DNA of 64,000 bases from an uncultured Clostridia bacterium (GTDB lineage Bacteria > Bacillota > Clostridia > TANB77 > CAG-508): the NCBI GenBank assembly GCA_934177725.1, contig CAKPPO010000009.1, positions 6,290 to 70,289 on the forward strand, read 5' to 3'. The stretch's first letter is position 1; each line of letters begins with the position of its first letter. Below the pieces are notes generated by a model. That model did not search any database, was not told where the DNA came from, and saw only the letters and a list, made by a program, of their open reading frames with translations. Of this stretch, positions 6,286-17,031 are shown in pieces. The translations under genes and the position numbers were made by a program.

Positions 6286-8112
6286 TTACATATTTATATA
6301 TTTCTCTATATTTATATCTTCTAAACTAATGTATCTTATTGTTTTAATTACCTCTTCTTTTAATTCTACTTGCACATATATGCTTCTTAATTTATCATTT
6401 TGTCTTGCTACTTCTGATACATATTCATTATCGTTTATAGTTGCTTTTCTATTTTTTATATCTTTTATCAAATTTTCTATAAAATCTGACATATCTGATT
6501 CTTTTATTCTAATAGTTTTAGTTGAATATTGCTCTTTATAACTTATATTTATAGTTATTCTTTTTATTTTTTGAACATCTTCTATCTGTTTTATTTTTTC
6601 TTCATAATATTCATTACTTGTTAATATTTTATTTAATTCTTCTTTATAAAGACTATTATTAATATTATATTTTCTAGTTATCTTTCTGCCATTTTTTAGT
6701 TTATATTCTAATGTATATTCAGTATATCCTTTCTTCTTTTCGTTTATTAACTTTTGTTGGAAATCTATTATATTTTCTATATTTTGTTTTTCTTTAAAAT
6801 TAATAGTTTCATTTCTCATTTCAAAACTAACTTCTTGCACATCTTCTGCTTTTGGTATTCTTGTTTCATAGCCAAAAGCGCCTGTATTTAATATTACAAA
6901 TGTTATTGTTATAATAACTGCATATACTATAAATCCTATAATTGATTTAAATACTTTGTATGTCTTTTTTAATATCATTTCTATTATTAAATATGCTATT
7001 AAAGTTATAATAAATGAAGCTAAAAGTGTTCTTATGTTGTTTTCTGCTATTATATCGTAGAAATATATATATGAAAGTAAATTAACTAAAAATGTAGCTG
7101 CATATTTTATAAAACTTCTAATTCCTTTAAATGCTATAAATTCTTTTGTTATTTCCAACTTTCTCTTTTTGTATATGAAATATCCTAAAACTAGCATTAC
7201 AATTATTGAAGTAATATATATAATTATTGTAGATGTCTCAAATTCAATTGTTTGAGATAAATAATATGAACTCATTTCTCTAAAGTCTTCTATTATTTTT
7301 ATAAATGGCAGTTTTGTAAATTCTTCAAAATTACTAGATAATCCTTTAAATCCATAAAGTATATTTTCTGTTATTGCTGATGTTAATACAAGAACTCCTA
7401 CCGGTGCATACATTAATATATAGGTAAGTATTCCATGTGAAATTTTTGATGCACAGAATGTTCCTATAAATGTAGCAAATGCAAAGAATATTGTGTTATA
7501 CAACATGCAAACTCCAAACCATTTTATTATATCTGTAAATTGTAAGTATTTTCCCATTTCTCCTAGATTTAACAATAATATTATAATTAGATTTACTAAA
7601 AATGGTATTACATACATTACTATTCCTGTTAAAATATTAGTTATATATAACTTTCTTTTTGATATTGGAAGTCCATGTATAAATGAACTACTCTTTTCTT
7701 CGTTTGTATATTTAAATAGTAGTATTGATACTAGTACTGGCAACACAAATATTGTTAATAATACTATTGGATTATATAAAATTTCTATATAATGTTCTCT
7801 ATCATAATTATTTGGTGAATAATATGGCTCAATGCTATCTTCATCAACTACCTGCACAGTATTTGTTACATTACTTATTGTATTATTTGTTATTTCATTT
7901 ACAATATTATTGTTTATAGCAATAATATTTTCATCTGCTTTTTCTTCATCTAGCATAACTATATCATTAATATAATCTGTTCTTCTTTCTTTTATATCAT
8001 TTGTTCTTAATATCATTTGAAAAGTTGTTACTAAAAACAAAATAATGGTTGCTACTGCTGGAACAATCCAAAATCTTTTTATATTTGATTTAAATACTCC
8101 ATAACTAAACAT
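6286..8112 (-). CDS. ABC-2-type transporter permease with a large soluble C-terminal domain
   Basis: Multiple hydrophobic helices, and translationally coupled to the upstream ATPase. The start is moved to ATG 8110-8112 (MFSYGVFK...), which is preceded by GGAGGTG. Confidence 0.7.
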   Translation of the reverse strand: MFSYGVFKSNIKRFWIVPAVATIILFLVTTFQMILRTNDIKERRTDYINDIVMLDEEKADENIIAINNNIVNEITNNTISNVTNTVQVVDEDSIEPYYSPNNYDREHYIEILYNPIVLLTIFVLPVLVSILLFKYTNEEKSSSFIHGLPISKRKLYITNILTGIVMYVIPFLVNLIIILLLNLGEMGKYLQFTDIIKWFGVCMLYNTIFFAFATFIGTFCASKISHGILTYILMYAPVGVLVLTSAITENILYGFKGLSSNFEEFTKLPFIKIIEDFREMSSYYLSQTIEFETSTIIIYITSIIVMLVLGYFIYKKRKLEITKEFIAFKGIRSFIKYAATFLVNLLSYIYFYDIIAENNIRTLLASFIITLIAYLIIEMILKKTYKVFKSIIGFIVYAVIITITFVILNTGAFGYETRIPKAEDVQEVSFEMRNETINFKEKQNIENIIDFQQKLINEKKKGYTEYTLEYKLKNGRKITRKYNINNSLYKEELNKILTSNEYYEEKIKQIEDVQKIKRITINISYKEQYSTKTIRIKESDMSDFIENLIKDIKNRKATINDNEYVSEVARQNDKLRSIYVQVELKEEVIKTIRYISLEDINIEKYINM

Positions 8113-8992
8113 CTGCTTCACCTCCATTTTCAAACATAAATACTTCTTCTAATGATAGAGGTAAAAATTCCATTAATGTTAATTTGTATTTATTTAGTAT
8201 ATCTTCTATTTCTTTTTGTTCACCTTTGACTATGAAATAATATACACTTCCTACTTTTTCTTCTTTTAATATAGAAAGTTTTTCTCTTATTTTGCCTATT
8301 TGTGAGTTGTTAGAAAATACAATTTGTACCTTTTGTATATTGTTGTCTTTCTTTTCTAGTTCTTTTTCTAATACCATTTCACCATTTTTCATGATTCCTA
8401 TATTGGTACATACATTTTCTAATTCTTTTAGGTTATGTGATGATATAATTACTGTCATTTTTCTTTTTTTAACTTCTTCTAATAAAATTTTCCAAACATT
8501 TTCTTTCATAATAGGATCAAGTCCATCTATTGGCTCATCTAATATCATTATTTCTGGATTGCATGAAATTGTAAGCCAAAATGCTACTTGCTTTTTCATT
8601 CCTTTTGAAAGTTTATTAACTTTTCTTTTTACATCAATATTAAATACTTTTTGTAATTCATTAAATTTTTCAAAACTAAAATCTTTGTATATTTTACTAT
8701 AAAATTTAGCCATATCTTTGATACTATATCCATGAAAAAAGTATAAATCATCACTAATATACGCTATTTTGCTTTTTATTTTTTCATTGTCATAAACTTT
8801 CTCATCATTTACTAAAATTTCACCTTCATCTTGTTTGTACATTCCTATTAGGTGTTTTATTGTAGTTGTTTTTCCAGAACCATTTGGTCCAACTAGACCA
8901 TAAATGCTACCTTCTGACACATTCATGTTAAAATGATTTAATGCAGTAAATTTATCAAACTTCTTCACTACATTTTTGACAGTAATTAACAT
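8105..8992 (-). CDS. ABC transporter ATP-binding protein
   Basis: Walker A GPNGSGKTTT, signature-like LSKGMKKQ and Walker B IMILDEPIDGLD. Confidence 0.92.
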   Translation of the reverse strand: MLITVKNVVKKFDKFTALNHFNMNVSEGSIYGLVGPNGSGKTTTIKHLIGMYKQDEGEILVNDEKVYDNEKIKSKIAYISDDLYFFHGYSIKDMAKFYSKIYKDFSFEKFNELQKVFNIDVKRKVNKLSKGMKKQVAFWLTISCNPEIMILDEPIDGLDPIMKENVWKILLEEVKKRKMTVIISSHNLKELENVCTNIGIMKNGEMVLEKELEKKDNNIQKVQIVFSNNSQIGKIREKLSILKEEKVGSVYYFIVKGEQKEIEDILNKYKLTLMEFLPLSLEEVFMFENGGEADV

Positions 8993-9062
8993 TCTTTCCC
9001 CTCCTTTTTCTATGGCTAAATTATATATTATCTATTTAACTTTTACAAGTTTTTTCCAAAAA

Positions 9063-9095
9063 TTACCCCAAAAGTACCTGGACCTTTTGGGGTAA
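9063..9095. terminator. Rho-independent terminator after tsaC
   Basis: 12-bp stem ttaccccaaaag / cttttggggtaa with T-runs on both sides. Confidence 0.7.
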
Positions 9096-9098
9096 TTT

Positions 9099-10130
9099 TT
9101 ATAATTCTATATAATTGTGTTCACATGCTCTTATTAATCTATTCATAATTGCAAGGCCTAATCCATCTTTTTGCACTCCTTCTATTAGTACTATATCAGG
9201 ATTATATGAATCTACTTTTCTTAATATTTTAAATATATTTTTAGTAACTTCTTCTAAAGTCTCTCCCATATCTATAATGTTGTTTGAATTATACCTTTTT
9301 AAATTTCTTGTATGACATACTATTAATGGGTTTCTATATTTTTCGGTAGTTTCATTTATATAGTCTACCATTTTTTCATTTTCTTTGCTATATATTAGCA
9401 TACATTTTGAATTTGGAGCATAATGTTTATATTTCATTCCAGGAGATAATATTGGTTCATTTGCACTTAAATCTCCTAATATATGTTTATCTACTATAAC
9501 ATTTCCAGCTACTTTTTTTATTTGCTCTGCTGTTATTTTTCCCGGTCTTAATATATGTGGTACTCCTTCTACTACTCTTACGACCGTAGATTCTACTCCT
9601 ATTTCACATTGTCCGCCATCTATAATATAGTCCACTTTATCTGATAGTTCCTTAAATATATCTTCAACATTTGTTCCACTTGGTCTACCGGATATATTTG
9701 CACTTGGAGCAGCAATAGGTGTATTTGCATATTCAATTAGCCACTTTGCAATTTCATTACTTGGCATTCTAATTCCAACTGTATCTAATCCACCTGTTAC
9801 TATATCTGGAACTATTTTTGTTCTTTCTAAAATAATTGTAAATGGTCCTGGCCAAAATGTTCTCATTAATTTATATTCTAACTCTGTTATGTTTTTTGCT
9901 ATTCTATCTAGCATTTCTATATTTGAAATATGTAATATTAAAGGATTGTCTTGCTTTCTCCCTTTTGCTATAAATATATTTTTTACTGCTTGTTCATTTA
10001 ATCCATCTGCACCTATTCCATAAACTGTTTCTGTTGGAAATAGTACTAACCCTCCATTATTTATTATTTTTGATGCTTCTTTTATTTTTGTATAATCTTT
10101 ATCATTTTTTAAATCTAAATATTTTTCCAT
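9099..10130 (-). CDS. tsaC: L-threonylcarbamoyladenylate synthase (Sua5/YwlC/TsaC family with C-terminal Sua5 domain)
   Basis: FPTETVYGIGADG, SANISGRPS and the long Sua5-type C-terminal domain. The start is set at MEKYLDL (ATG 10128-10130), which has an AGAGGA RBS. Confidence 0.9.
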   Translation of the reverse strand: MEKYLDLKNDKDYTKIKEASKIINNGGLVLFPTETVYGIGADGLNEQAVKNIFIAKGRKQDNPLILHISNIEMLDRIAKNITELEYKLMRTFWPGPFTIILERTKIVPDIVTGGLDTVGIRMPSNEIAKWLIEYANTPIAAPSANISGRPSGTNVEDIFKELSDKVDYIIDGGQCEIGVESTVVRVVEGVPHILRPGKITAEQIKKVAGNVIVDKHILGDLSANEPILSPGMKYKHYAPNSKCMLIYSKENEKMVDYINETTEKYRNPLIVCHTRNLKRYNSNNIIDMGETLEEVTKNIFKILRKVDSYNPDIVLIEGVQKDGLGLAIMNRLIRACEHNYIEL

Positions 10131-10254
10131 TTCTATTCCTCTTTTCTCGCTGTTTAACATTATACAACCTTTTTCTTATTAATTCAATATCGATATTGAA
10201 TTATGTAAATTTTTATGTTATACTTGTATCATTAAATTAAAGGAGGTAAAGTGT

Positions 10255-11265
10255 ATGAACACTAATATTTTAGTTTCATCAAAAGAAAAAGAAAAAAAGC
10301 GGTTTATTATAGGTACACATGATGGTATCTTCCATTCAGATGAAGTAGTTGCTTGTGCAATTCTTGCATTATTTCATTCTGATTATCAAATTGAAATTGT
10401 CCGTTCCAAAGATGTTTCTTTGTTATATGAAAAAGAAGCAGATATTTTAGTTGATGTCGGTGGCGGCTCTTATGATCATCATCAGCCAGGAGGAAATGGT
10501 AAAAGAGAAAACAGAGTTCCTTATGCAAGTGCAGGACTTGTTTGGAAGGAATATGGAGAAGGTGTAATTTATAAATGTTTTGATGAATTATATAGTCCTT
10601 TTTCTTCTATTCTTGTAGACAATACTTCTAAAACTTATGAAAGAAGTTTTAAAGAAATTGTTAAATACATTGATGAAAACTTTATTCAGAATGTTGATAA
10701 AGAAGATAATGGTATTTTCGTACACACTCACATTTTCAGTTTTATCAAATCATTTCTTCCAGTATATGACAGCAAATATGATAATTTCGATGAAAGTTTT
10801 CATCTTGTACTTAATGTTACCATTGAAATTTTGAAACATGTCATTTATGAGGCTATTTCAAAAGAATTTGCTTTAAGTTTTGTTTTGAAACTAATCGACG
10901 AAGACGGAATTGTTTCCAATAGTATTTTAGAAATTCCATCTCAGACATTTCCATGGTTAGAAGCATTATGCAATTACAATACTGATTTTGCTTGGTCTGA
11001 TACAGACTGTATCAATTTTGTAATTTTTCCATACCCCTCAGGAGGTTGGGCAGCACAATGTGTTCCTCCCTCTTTAGAGAAAAAATTTGAGCAAAGAATT
11101 TCTTTTCCTAAAGAATGGGCTGGGCAAACCGAAAATCTTTCTAAAATTTCGGGAGTAAAAGATGCAACTTTTTGTCATAATGGCTGTTTCTTCGTACGGT
11201 CTAAAACAAAAGAAGGAGTTATAGCTTTGTGTGAAAATGCTATTAAAGCAAATAAATATTTATAA
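10255..11265 (+). CDS. MYG1/UPF0160 family metal-dependent hydrolase
   Basis: IGTHDGIFHSDEVVACAILAL and DHHQ motifs are typical of the MYG1 family. Confidence 0.8.
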   Translation: MNTNILVSSKEKEKKRFIIGTHDGIFHSDEVVACAILALFHSDYQIEIVRSKDVSLLYEKEADILVDVGGGSYDHHQPGGNGKRENRVPYASAGLVWKEYGEGVIYKCFDELYSPFSSILVDNTSKTYERSFKEIVKYIDENFIQNVDKEDNGIFVHTHIFSFIKSFLPVYDSKYDNFDESFHLVLNVTIEILKHVIYEAISKEFALSFVLKLIDEDGIVSNSILEIPSQTFPWLEALCNYNTDFAWSDTDCINFVIFPYPSGGWAAQCVPPSLEKKFEQRISFPKEWAGQTENLSKISGVKDATFCHNGCFFVRSKTKEGVIALCENAIKANKYL

Positions 11266-11310
11266 CTTTAACGTGATAATGTTATTGCTTATTTTATGAC
11301 CAAATAAATT

Positions 11311-11337
11311 AAAACCTCAGATAATTTCTGGGGTTTT
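11311..11337 (+). terminator. Rho-independent terminator
   Basis: Stem aaaacctcag / ctggggtttt followed by a T-run. It lies between the convergent MYG1 and topA genes. Confidence 0.65.
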
Positions 11338-11379
11338 AACTTTTTTTCTAAAAGTGTGTTGTACTTTTAAAGTATCATT

Positions 11380-13485
11380 TTATTTCTTCTTAGTTATTTT
11401 TCTTTTTGTAGTCTTCTTCTTTGCTGTAGTCTTCTTTTTAGCAGTGGTTTTCTTTTTTGTTTCTACTTCTACTGTTTCTTTTGGCTCCCATTTTTCTCCT
11501 GACTTTGGTTTATCCCAAGAAATATAATTGCAACTTGCAGGATTATTTTCGCAAATGTAGTAGTTTCTTTTTCTTTTTGTTTTTCTTACTTGTACTATTC
11601 CTCCACATACTGGGCATGGTACGTCTATTGTTTCTATTATTGGTTTTGCATTTTTACATTCTGGGTAACCTGGACACGCTAAGAACTTTCCATATCTTCC
11701 ATATTTGTACACCATCATTCTTCCACATTTTTCACATTGTACATCAGATACCTCATCTTCTAATTTTACATGTTCTAGCTCTTTTTCTACTTTATCTAAT
11801 GTTACCTTAAATGGTCCATAGAAGTCTCTAATTACTTGTTTCCATTGTTCTTTTCCTTCTGCCACTTCGTCAAATTCTTCTTCTATTTTTGCTGTAAACG
11901 CTACATTTATAACATCTGGGAAGCTTTCAACTAATAATTTATTTACTATTTTTCCAAGTTCTGTTGGCATTAGTTGTTTTTGGACTTTTTCTATATATCT
12001 TCTCTCTAAAATTGTTGTAATTGTTGGTGAATAAGTACTTGGTCTTCCTATCCCTTTTTCTTCTAATGCTTTTACTAAACTTGCTTCTGTGTACCTTGGT
12101 GGTGGCTCTGTAAAGCTTTGTTTTGGATTTATTTCCTTTTTAATAACTTCTTCATTTATTTCTAGCTCTGGTAATGTTTCGTCTTCTTGTTTTTTCTTTT
12201 TATCTTCTTTTACATTGTCTTCAGATTCTACATATAAAGCCATGAATCCTTTGAATTTTAATGTTTGACCATTTGCCTTAAAATTATATTCATTTGCTTT
12301 TATATCTACTGCAACTGTGTCATAAATAGCTTGTGCCATTTGGCTTGCTATAAAACGATTATATACTAATTTGTATAATTTGTATTGATCTGGAGTTAAT
12401 GAACTTTTTATTTCATCTGGCTCTAGTTCTATATAAGTTGGTCTTATTGCCTCGTGTGCATCTTGTGCGTCTTTATTTGTTTTATAATATCTATTTTCGT
12501 AATAGTTTTCTCCATATTCTTTTACTATATGCTTTTTAGCTGCATTTCTTGCCTCATCTGAAATTCTTGTAGAGTCTGTTCTCATATATGTAATTAAACC
12601 AACGCTACCTTTTTCAGGAACCTTAACACCTTCATACAAACCTTGTGCCACACTCATTGTTTTCTTTAATGTAAATCCTAACTTTCTTGAAGCTTCTTGC
12701 TGCATTGTACTTGTTGTAAATGGTGGCGCTGGTGTTCTTTTCTTTTCGCTCTTTTTAATGTCTTCTACAATGTATTTTGCTTTTTCTAAATTTTTTAATA
12801 TTTCGTCTATTTTCTCTTTTGAATGGATATCTATTTTCTTTCCATTTTTTCCATATAAATGTGCTTCAAAAGTTTTTTTAGACTTTTCTTCTAATAAAGT
12901 TACATATATATTCCAATATTCTTCTGGAATAAATTTTTCGATTTCTTCTTCTCTATCTACTATTAATTTTACTGCTACAGATTGCACTCTTCCTGCTGAT
13001 AAACCTTTTTTTACCTTTTTCCATAAAAGTGGACTTATTTTATAACCTACTATTCTGTCTAAAACTCTACGAGCTTGTTGTGCATCTGTTAAATTCATAT
13101 CTATTTTTCTTGGATGTCTTATAGATTCTTGTACTGTTTCTTTTGTTATTTCGTTAAATGTTACTCTACAAACACTATCTTCTGGAATATTTAATATGTG
13201 TGCTAAATGCCATGCAATCGCTTCTCCTTCACGGTCAGGGTCAGTTGCAAGGTACACTTTTTTACTAGATGCCGCATCTTTTTTTAAAGATTTTATTAAA
13301 TCTCCTTTTCCTCTAATATTTATATATTCTGGTTCAAAATCATTTTCTATATCTACTGCAAGTTTAGATTTTGGTAAATCGCGAATATGTCCCATAGATG
13401 CTACTACTTTTGTACTTCCACCTAAAAACTTTTTTATAGTATTGGCTTTTGCAGGTGATTCCACAATAATTAATTTATCTGCCAT
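11380..13485 (-). CDS. topA: DNA topoisomerase I
   Basis: Toprim N-terminus LIIVESPAKANTIKKFLG, C-terminal Cys4 zinc ribbons and a Lys-rich tail. Confidence 0.97.
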   Translation of the reverse strand: MADKLIIVESPAKANTIKKFLGGSTKVVASMGHIRDLPKSKLAVDIENDFEPEYINIRGKGDLIKSLKKDAASSKKVYLATDPDREGEAIAWHLAHILNIPEDSVCRVTFNEITKETVQESIRHPRKIDMNLTDAQQARRVLDRIVGYKISPLLWKKVKKGLSAGRVQSVAVKLIVDREEEIEKFIPEEYWNIYVTLLEEKSKKTFEAHLYGKNGKKIDIHSKEKIDEILKNLEKAKYIVEDIKKSEKKRTPAPPFTTSTMQQEASRKLGFTLKKTMSVAQGLYEGVKVPEKGSVGLITYMRTDSTRISDEARNAAKKHIVKEYGENYYENRYYKTNKDAQDAHEAIRPTYIELEPDEIKSSLTPDQYKLYKLVYNRFIASQMAQAIYDTVAVDIKANEYNFKANGQTLKFKGFMALYVESEDNVKEDKKKKQEDETLPELEINEEVIKKEINPKQSFTEPPPRYTEASLVKALEEKGIGRPSTYSPTITTILERRYIEKVQKQLMPTELGKIVNKLLVESFPDVINVAFTAKIEEEFDEVAEGKEQWKQVIRDFYGPFKVTLDKVEKELEHVKLEDEVSDVQCEKCGRMMVYKYGRYGKFLACPGYPECKNAKPIIETIDVPCPVCGGIVQVRKTKRKRNYYICENNPASCNYISWDKPKSGEKWEPKETVEVETKKKTTAKKKTTAKKKTTKRKITKKK

Positions 13486-13573
13486 AATACTCTCCTTTAT
13501 TTTTATTACCTATGTATTCTAAATTATTTTTATTACTTTTGCAAGTAGTTTAGTATAAAAAATTAGTAAAGCT

Positions 13574-14692
13574 TTATTTCTTTACTAATTTTTTTACTTC
13601 ACTATATATTTTATTTTGGGCATCATTTGTTTGTAATTTTAAGGCATTTATCCCCATTTGTTTCATAATTTGTGGATAATCTACCATACTTTTTATATTT
13701 TTATTTAGTTGTTCTGCAGTTAAATCTTTATTTAGTATAATTTTCGCTGCCTGCACTTTTTCTAATGCTTTTGCATTATATAATTGATGATCATTACTTA
13801 CATTTGGAAGTGGCACTAAAATTGAAGGCTTACCTAAATTTGAAATTTCTGTTATTGTCATTGCTCCACTTCTAGCCACAATTATATCTGATATATTCAT
13901 TATTTCTTCCATATTATAAATATATGGAACAATCTTCATATTTTTTATCATATTTATATTTAAGTTTTCATCTTCTAATTTTTCTTTTATTATATCATAT
14001 TGCTTTGGTCCTGTTGCCCACATAATTTGATAATCTTTGTTTAACTTTTGCTTTGCTATTCCTATTATAGCTTCGTTAATTGCCTGTGCTCCTTGGCTTC
14101 CACCAAACACCAATACTATAGTTTTATTTTCATCTAAACCTATTTTGTTTTTCATTTCTTTTTGTTCTTGTATAGAATACTCTTGCTTTGTTATTTTAGT
14201 TGGTGTACCTGTGAATACTACATTTTTAGCATTTTTTATTCTATCTATTGCATCTTTAAAAGAAACTAATATTGTATCTGTTTTTTTACTAAGCATTTTT
14301 ACGGCTTTTCCTGGAAAGGCATTGCTTTCGTGAAGCATTGTTGGAATTTTTAAACTATGTGCTGCAGATATTGTTGCTCCACATATATATCCACCTGTTC
14401 CAATTACTATATCAGGATTAAATTCCTTTATTATTTTTTTAGCCTCACCATAACCTTTTATTGTCTTTATTATCTTTTTAATATTATCTATTGATATCTT
14501 TTTACTTAATCCATACGCATCTATTGTTTTCAACTCATAACCTGCTCTAGGTACTAAATCATTTTCTAACCCTCTATTTGTTCCTATGAAAATGATTTCT
14601 GAATTCTTTTCTTCTTGTTTTATTTTATTTGCGATTGCTAATCCTGGATTAATATGTCCTGCTGTTCCCGCTGCTGCTATAATTACTTTCAT
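13574..14692 (-). CDS. murG: Undecaprenyldiphospho-muramoylpentapeptide beta-N-acetylglucosaminyltransferase
   Basis: AAGTAGHINPGLAIA N-terminus, a GT28 C-terminal region, and its position after ftsW. Confidence 0.95.
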   Translation of the reverse strand: MKVIIAAAGTAGHINPGLAIANKIKQEEKNSEIIFIGTNRGLENDLVPRAGYELKTIDAYGLSKKISIDNIKKIIKTIKGYGEAKKIIKEFNPDIVIGTGGYICGATISAAHSLKIPTMLHESNAFPGKAVKMLSKKTDTILVSFKDAIDRIKNAKNVVFTGTPTKITKQEYSIQEQKEMKNKIGLDENKTIVLVFGGSQGAQAINEAIIGIAKQKLNKDYQIMWATGPKQYDIIKEKLEDENLNINMIKNMKIVPYIYNMEEIMNISDIIVARSGAMTITEISNLGKPSILVPLPNVSNDHQLYNAKALEKVQAAKIILNKDLTAEQLNKNIKSMVDYPQIMKQMGINALKLQTNDAQNKIYSEVKKLVKK

Positions 14693-14706
14693 AAAACTTC
14701 TCCCTC

Positions 14707-14805
14707 AAAACGTGGTAAAAGGGCCGCCCCTTCTTACCACACTTTTTTTATATGACCATACTTTTTTACATGTGGTAAGAAGGGGCGGCCCTTTTACCAC
14801 GTTTT
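14707..14805. repeat. GC-rich 35-bp perfect inverted repeat (29-nt loop) filling the ftsW-murG spacer
   Basis: aaaacgtggtaaaagggccgccccttcttaccaca (14707-14741) is the exact reverse complement of 14771-14805. The right arm overlaps the ftsW stop codon and the left arm abuts the murG RBS. Confidence 0.9.
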
Positions 14806-15958
14806 AAACTTTTGAACCTGCTCTAGATATATTTAATAATATTCCCATACTACATAACAATATAAGTAAAGCTGTTCCTCCATAACTAAAGAATGGAAGT
14901 GACATTCCTGTAGCTGGTATTGATGATGTAACAACTCCTATGTTTATTATTGCTTGTATTCCTACAAGTGATGTAATTCCAACTGCAAGTAAGCTTCCAA
15001 ATGAATCTGGTGCTTTCATTGAAGTTAAAATTCCTCTCCATATAAATATAGCAAATAATGCTATTACTACTAAACACCCAACGAATCCTAATTCTTCTGC
15101 TATTATTGCAAATATGAAATCATTATGTGGTTCCGGTATATACAAATATTTTTGTTTACTTTGACCTAAACCTACTCCAAATAAACCACCTGAGCCTATT
15201 GCATATAATCCTTGAATTACCTGCCATCCATTTCCTGTTGCATCTTGCCATGGGTCTAAAAATGTTGTAAGTCTTGCTAAACGGAATCCTCCTTTTTCAC
15301 CTCTTGTCGCCAAAAGCAACATTCCAGCAACTGCTGCTGAGCCTCCTGCTATTGCTATTGTTATAAAATCTTTTATTTTTGTTCCCGCCATTATCATCAT
15401 TATTGATGTTATGGCAATAATAACAACTGATGCACTTAAGTGATCTTGTATAAAGAACAAAATTGCAATTGGTGGTACTAAAAAGCAAAGTGATTTAAAA
15501 CATCCTTTCCAAAAAAAACCTAAGTCATTTTTATGTTCTGTTAAATATCCTGCATAAAATACAATTAATGCTACTTTTGCTATTTCTGATGGTTGAAAGT
15601 TACCAAATCCTAAATTTATCCATCTTCTTGCACCTTTAACCTCTACACCTATTCCGGGTATTGCTACTGAAAATAATGCTATTATAGCAATAATATACGC
15701 TATTTTATAAAAATTTTTATATATTCTATAATCTATTCTAGATATAAAAAACATTAATACAATTCCAACTATCGCAAAACCTAGCTGTTTTAATACATAT
15801 GTATAACTGTTTCCATTTGTTGAAAGTGAAGATGGTGCACTAGCAGAAAGCACCATTATTATTCCTAATGACAATAATAAAAATATTGTAATGCATAATG
15901 CAAAATCAAATGGTTTTTGATTTGACTTTATTGTTTTTTTCTGTTTCTTTTGTTGCAC
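14804..15958 (-). CDS. ftsW: SEDS-family peptidoglycan glycosyltransferase (FtsW/SpoVE/RodA family)
   Basis: A polytopic membrane protein with FtsW/RodA motifs (PSEIAKV, YIPEPHNDFIFA, SYGGT). It lies between mraY and murG. Confidence 0.9.
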   Translation of the reverse strand: MQQKKQKKTIKSNQKPFDFALCITIFLLLSLGIIMVLSASAPSSLSTNGNSYTYVLKQLGFAIVGIVLMFFISRIDYRIYKNFYKIAYIIAIIALFSVAIPGIGVEVKGARRWINLGFGNFQPSEIAKVALIVFYAGYLTEHKNDLGFFWKGCFKSLCFLVPPIAILFFIQDHLSASVVIIAITSIMMIMAGTKIKDFITIAIAGGSAAVAGMLLLATRGEKGGFRLARLTTFLDPWQDATGNGWQVIQGLYAIGSGGLFGVGLGQSKQKYLYIPEPHNDFIFAIIAEELGFVGCLVVIALFAIFIWRGILTSMKAPDSFGSLLAVGITSLVGIQAIINIGVVTSSIPATGMSLPFFSYGGTALLILLCSMGILLNISRAGSKV

Positions 15959-16032
15959 TTTCTTCCCTTCCTTTCACTAATTATTTTTGTATAACTCCCC
16001 AAAAAGTACTCATCCATTTTGGAGTAAAATTT

Positions 16033-17016
16033 TTAAATTGCGAATATTCCTATAATACATACTATTAATGTAACTATGCTAAATACTGATACTACTTTAT
16101 TTTCTTTCCATCCAGAAAGTTCAAAATGATGGTGAAGTGGAGCCATTTTAAATACTCTATTTCCTGTTCTTTTGAAATGTGCTACTTGAATCATTACAGA
16201 TAATGTTTCTAGTATTGGAACTAATGCAATAATTAAAAGTAATAATGGCATTTTCAAATATAGTGCCATAGCAGCAACTGCTCCTCCTAAGCAAAGTGAA
16301 CCTGTATCTCCCATCATTACTTTTGAAGGATATAAGTTAAATAATAAAAATCCTAAACATGCACCTGACAATGCGCTTCCAAATAAAGTTACTTCTTTTA
16401 CATCAAATATAATTGCAATTACTGTTAAACAAGTTAGTATTATAGTAGTTACACTGCTTGATAATCCATCTATTCCGTCTGTTAGGTTTATTGCATTTGT
16501 TGTACCTAACATTACTAATATTGCAAGTGGAATATATAACCAAATAGGAAGTACTATGCTAGTTTTTGCAAATGGAATATATATATCTGTACCTATATTT
16601 AATACTTTTGTTAAATATAAAGTATATCCTACTGCAATTATTAATAGTCCTATCATTTTTGCAGTTGGGCTTAACCCTTTAGTATTTTTTAATACTAATT
16701 TTTTAAAGTCATCTATAAAACCTATTAGTCCAAATCCTACTGAAGTTATTAATAGTGGTAAAATATTTTTTGCTATAGTTGGCTCTGGTCTATATTTTGT
16801 GTAGTAGAAAAATAATCCTACACATACTATAATCATACTAAGTATAATTATAATTCCTCCCATTGTTGGGGTTCCTTGTTTCTTTAAATGACTTTGTGGT
16901 CCATCATCTCTTTCTATTTGCCCTACTTTTAGTCTTCTTAATATTGGTATTATTATGAAAGAAAGTATAACTGTTATTGCAAATGTTAAAAATAATACTT
17001 TTACTTGAAATTCCAT
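16033..17016 (-). CDS. mraY: Phospho-N-acetylmuramoyl-pentapeptide transferase
   Basis: TPTMGG, NAINLTDGIDGL and APLHHHFE motifs. Confidence 0.96.
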   Translation of the reverse strand: MEFQVKVLFLTFAITVILSFIIIPILRRLKVGQIERDDGPQSHLKKQGTPTMGGIIIILSMIIVCVGLFFYYTKYRPEPTIAKNILPLLITSVGFGLIGFIDDFKKLVLKNTKGLSPTAKMIGLLIIAVGYTLYLTKVLNIGTDIYIPFAKTSIVLPIWLYIPLAILVMLGTTNAINLTDGIDGLSSSVTTIILTCLTVIAIIFDVKEVTLFGSALSGACLGFLLFNLYPSKVMMGDTGSLCLGGAVAAMALYLKMPLLLLIIALVPILETLSVMIQVAHFKRTGNRVFKMAPLHHHFELSGWKENKVVSVFSIVTLIVCIIGIFAI

Positions 17017-17031
17017 GTTTTTCTCCTTATT

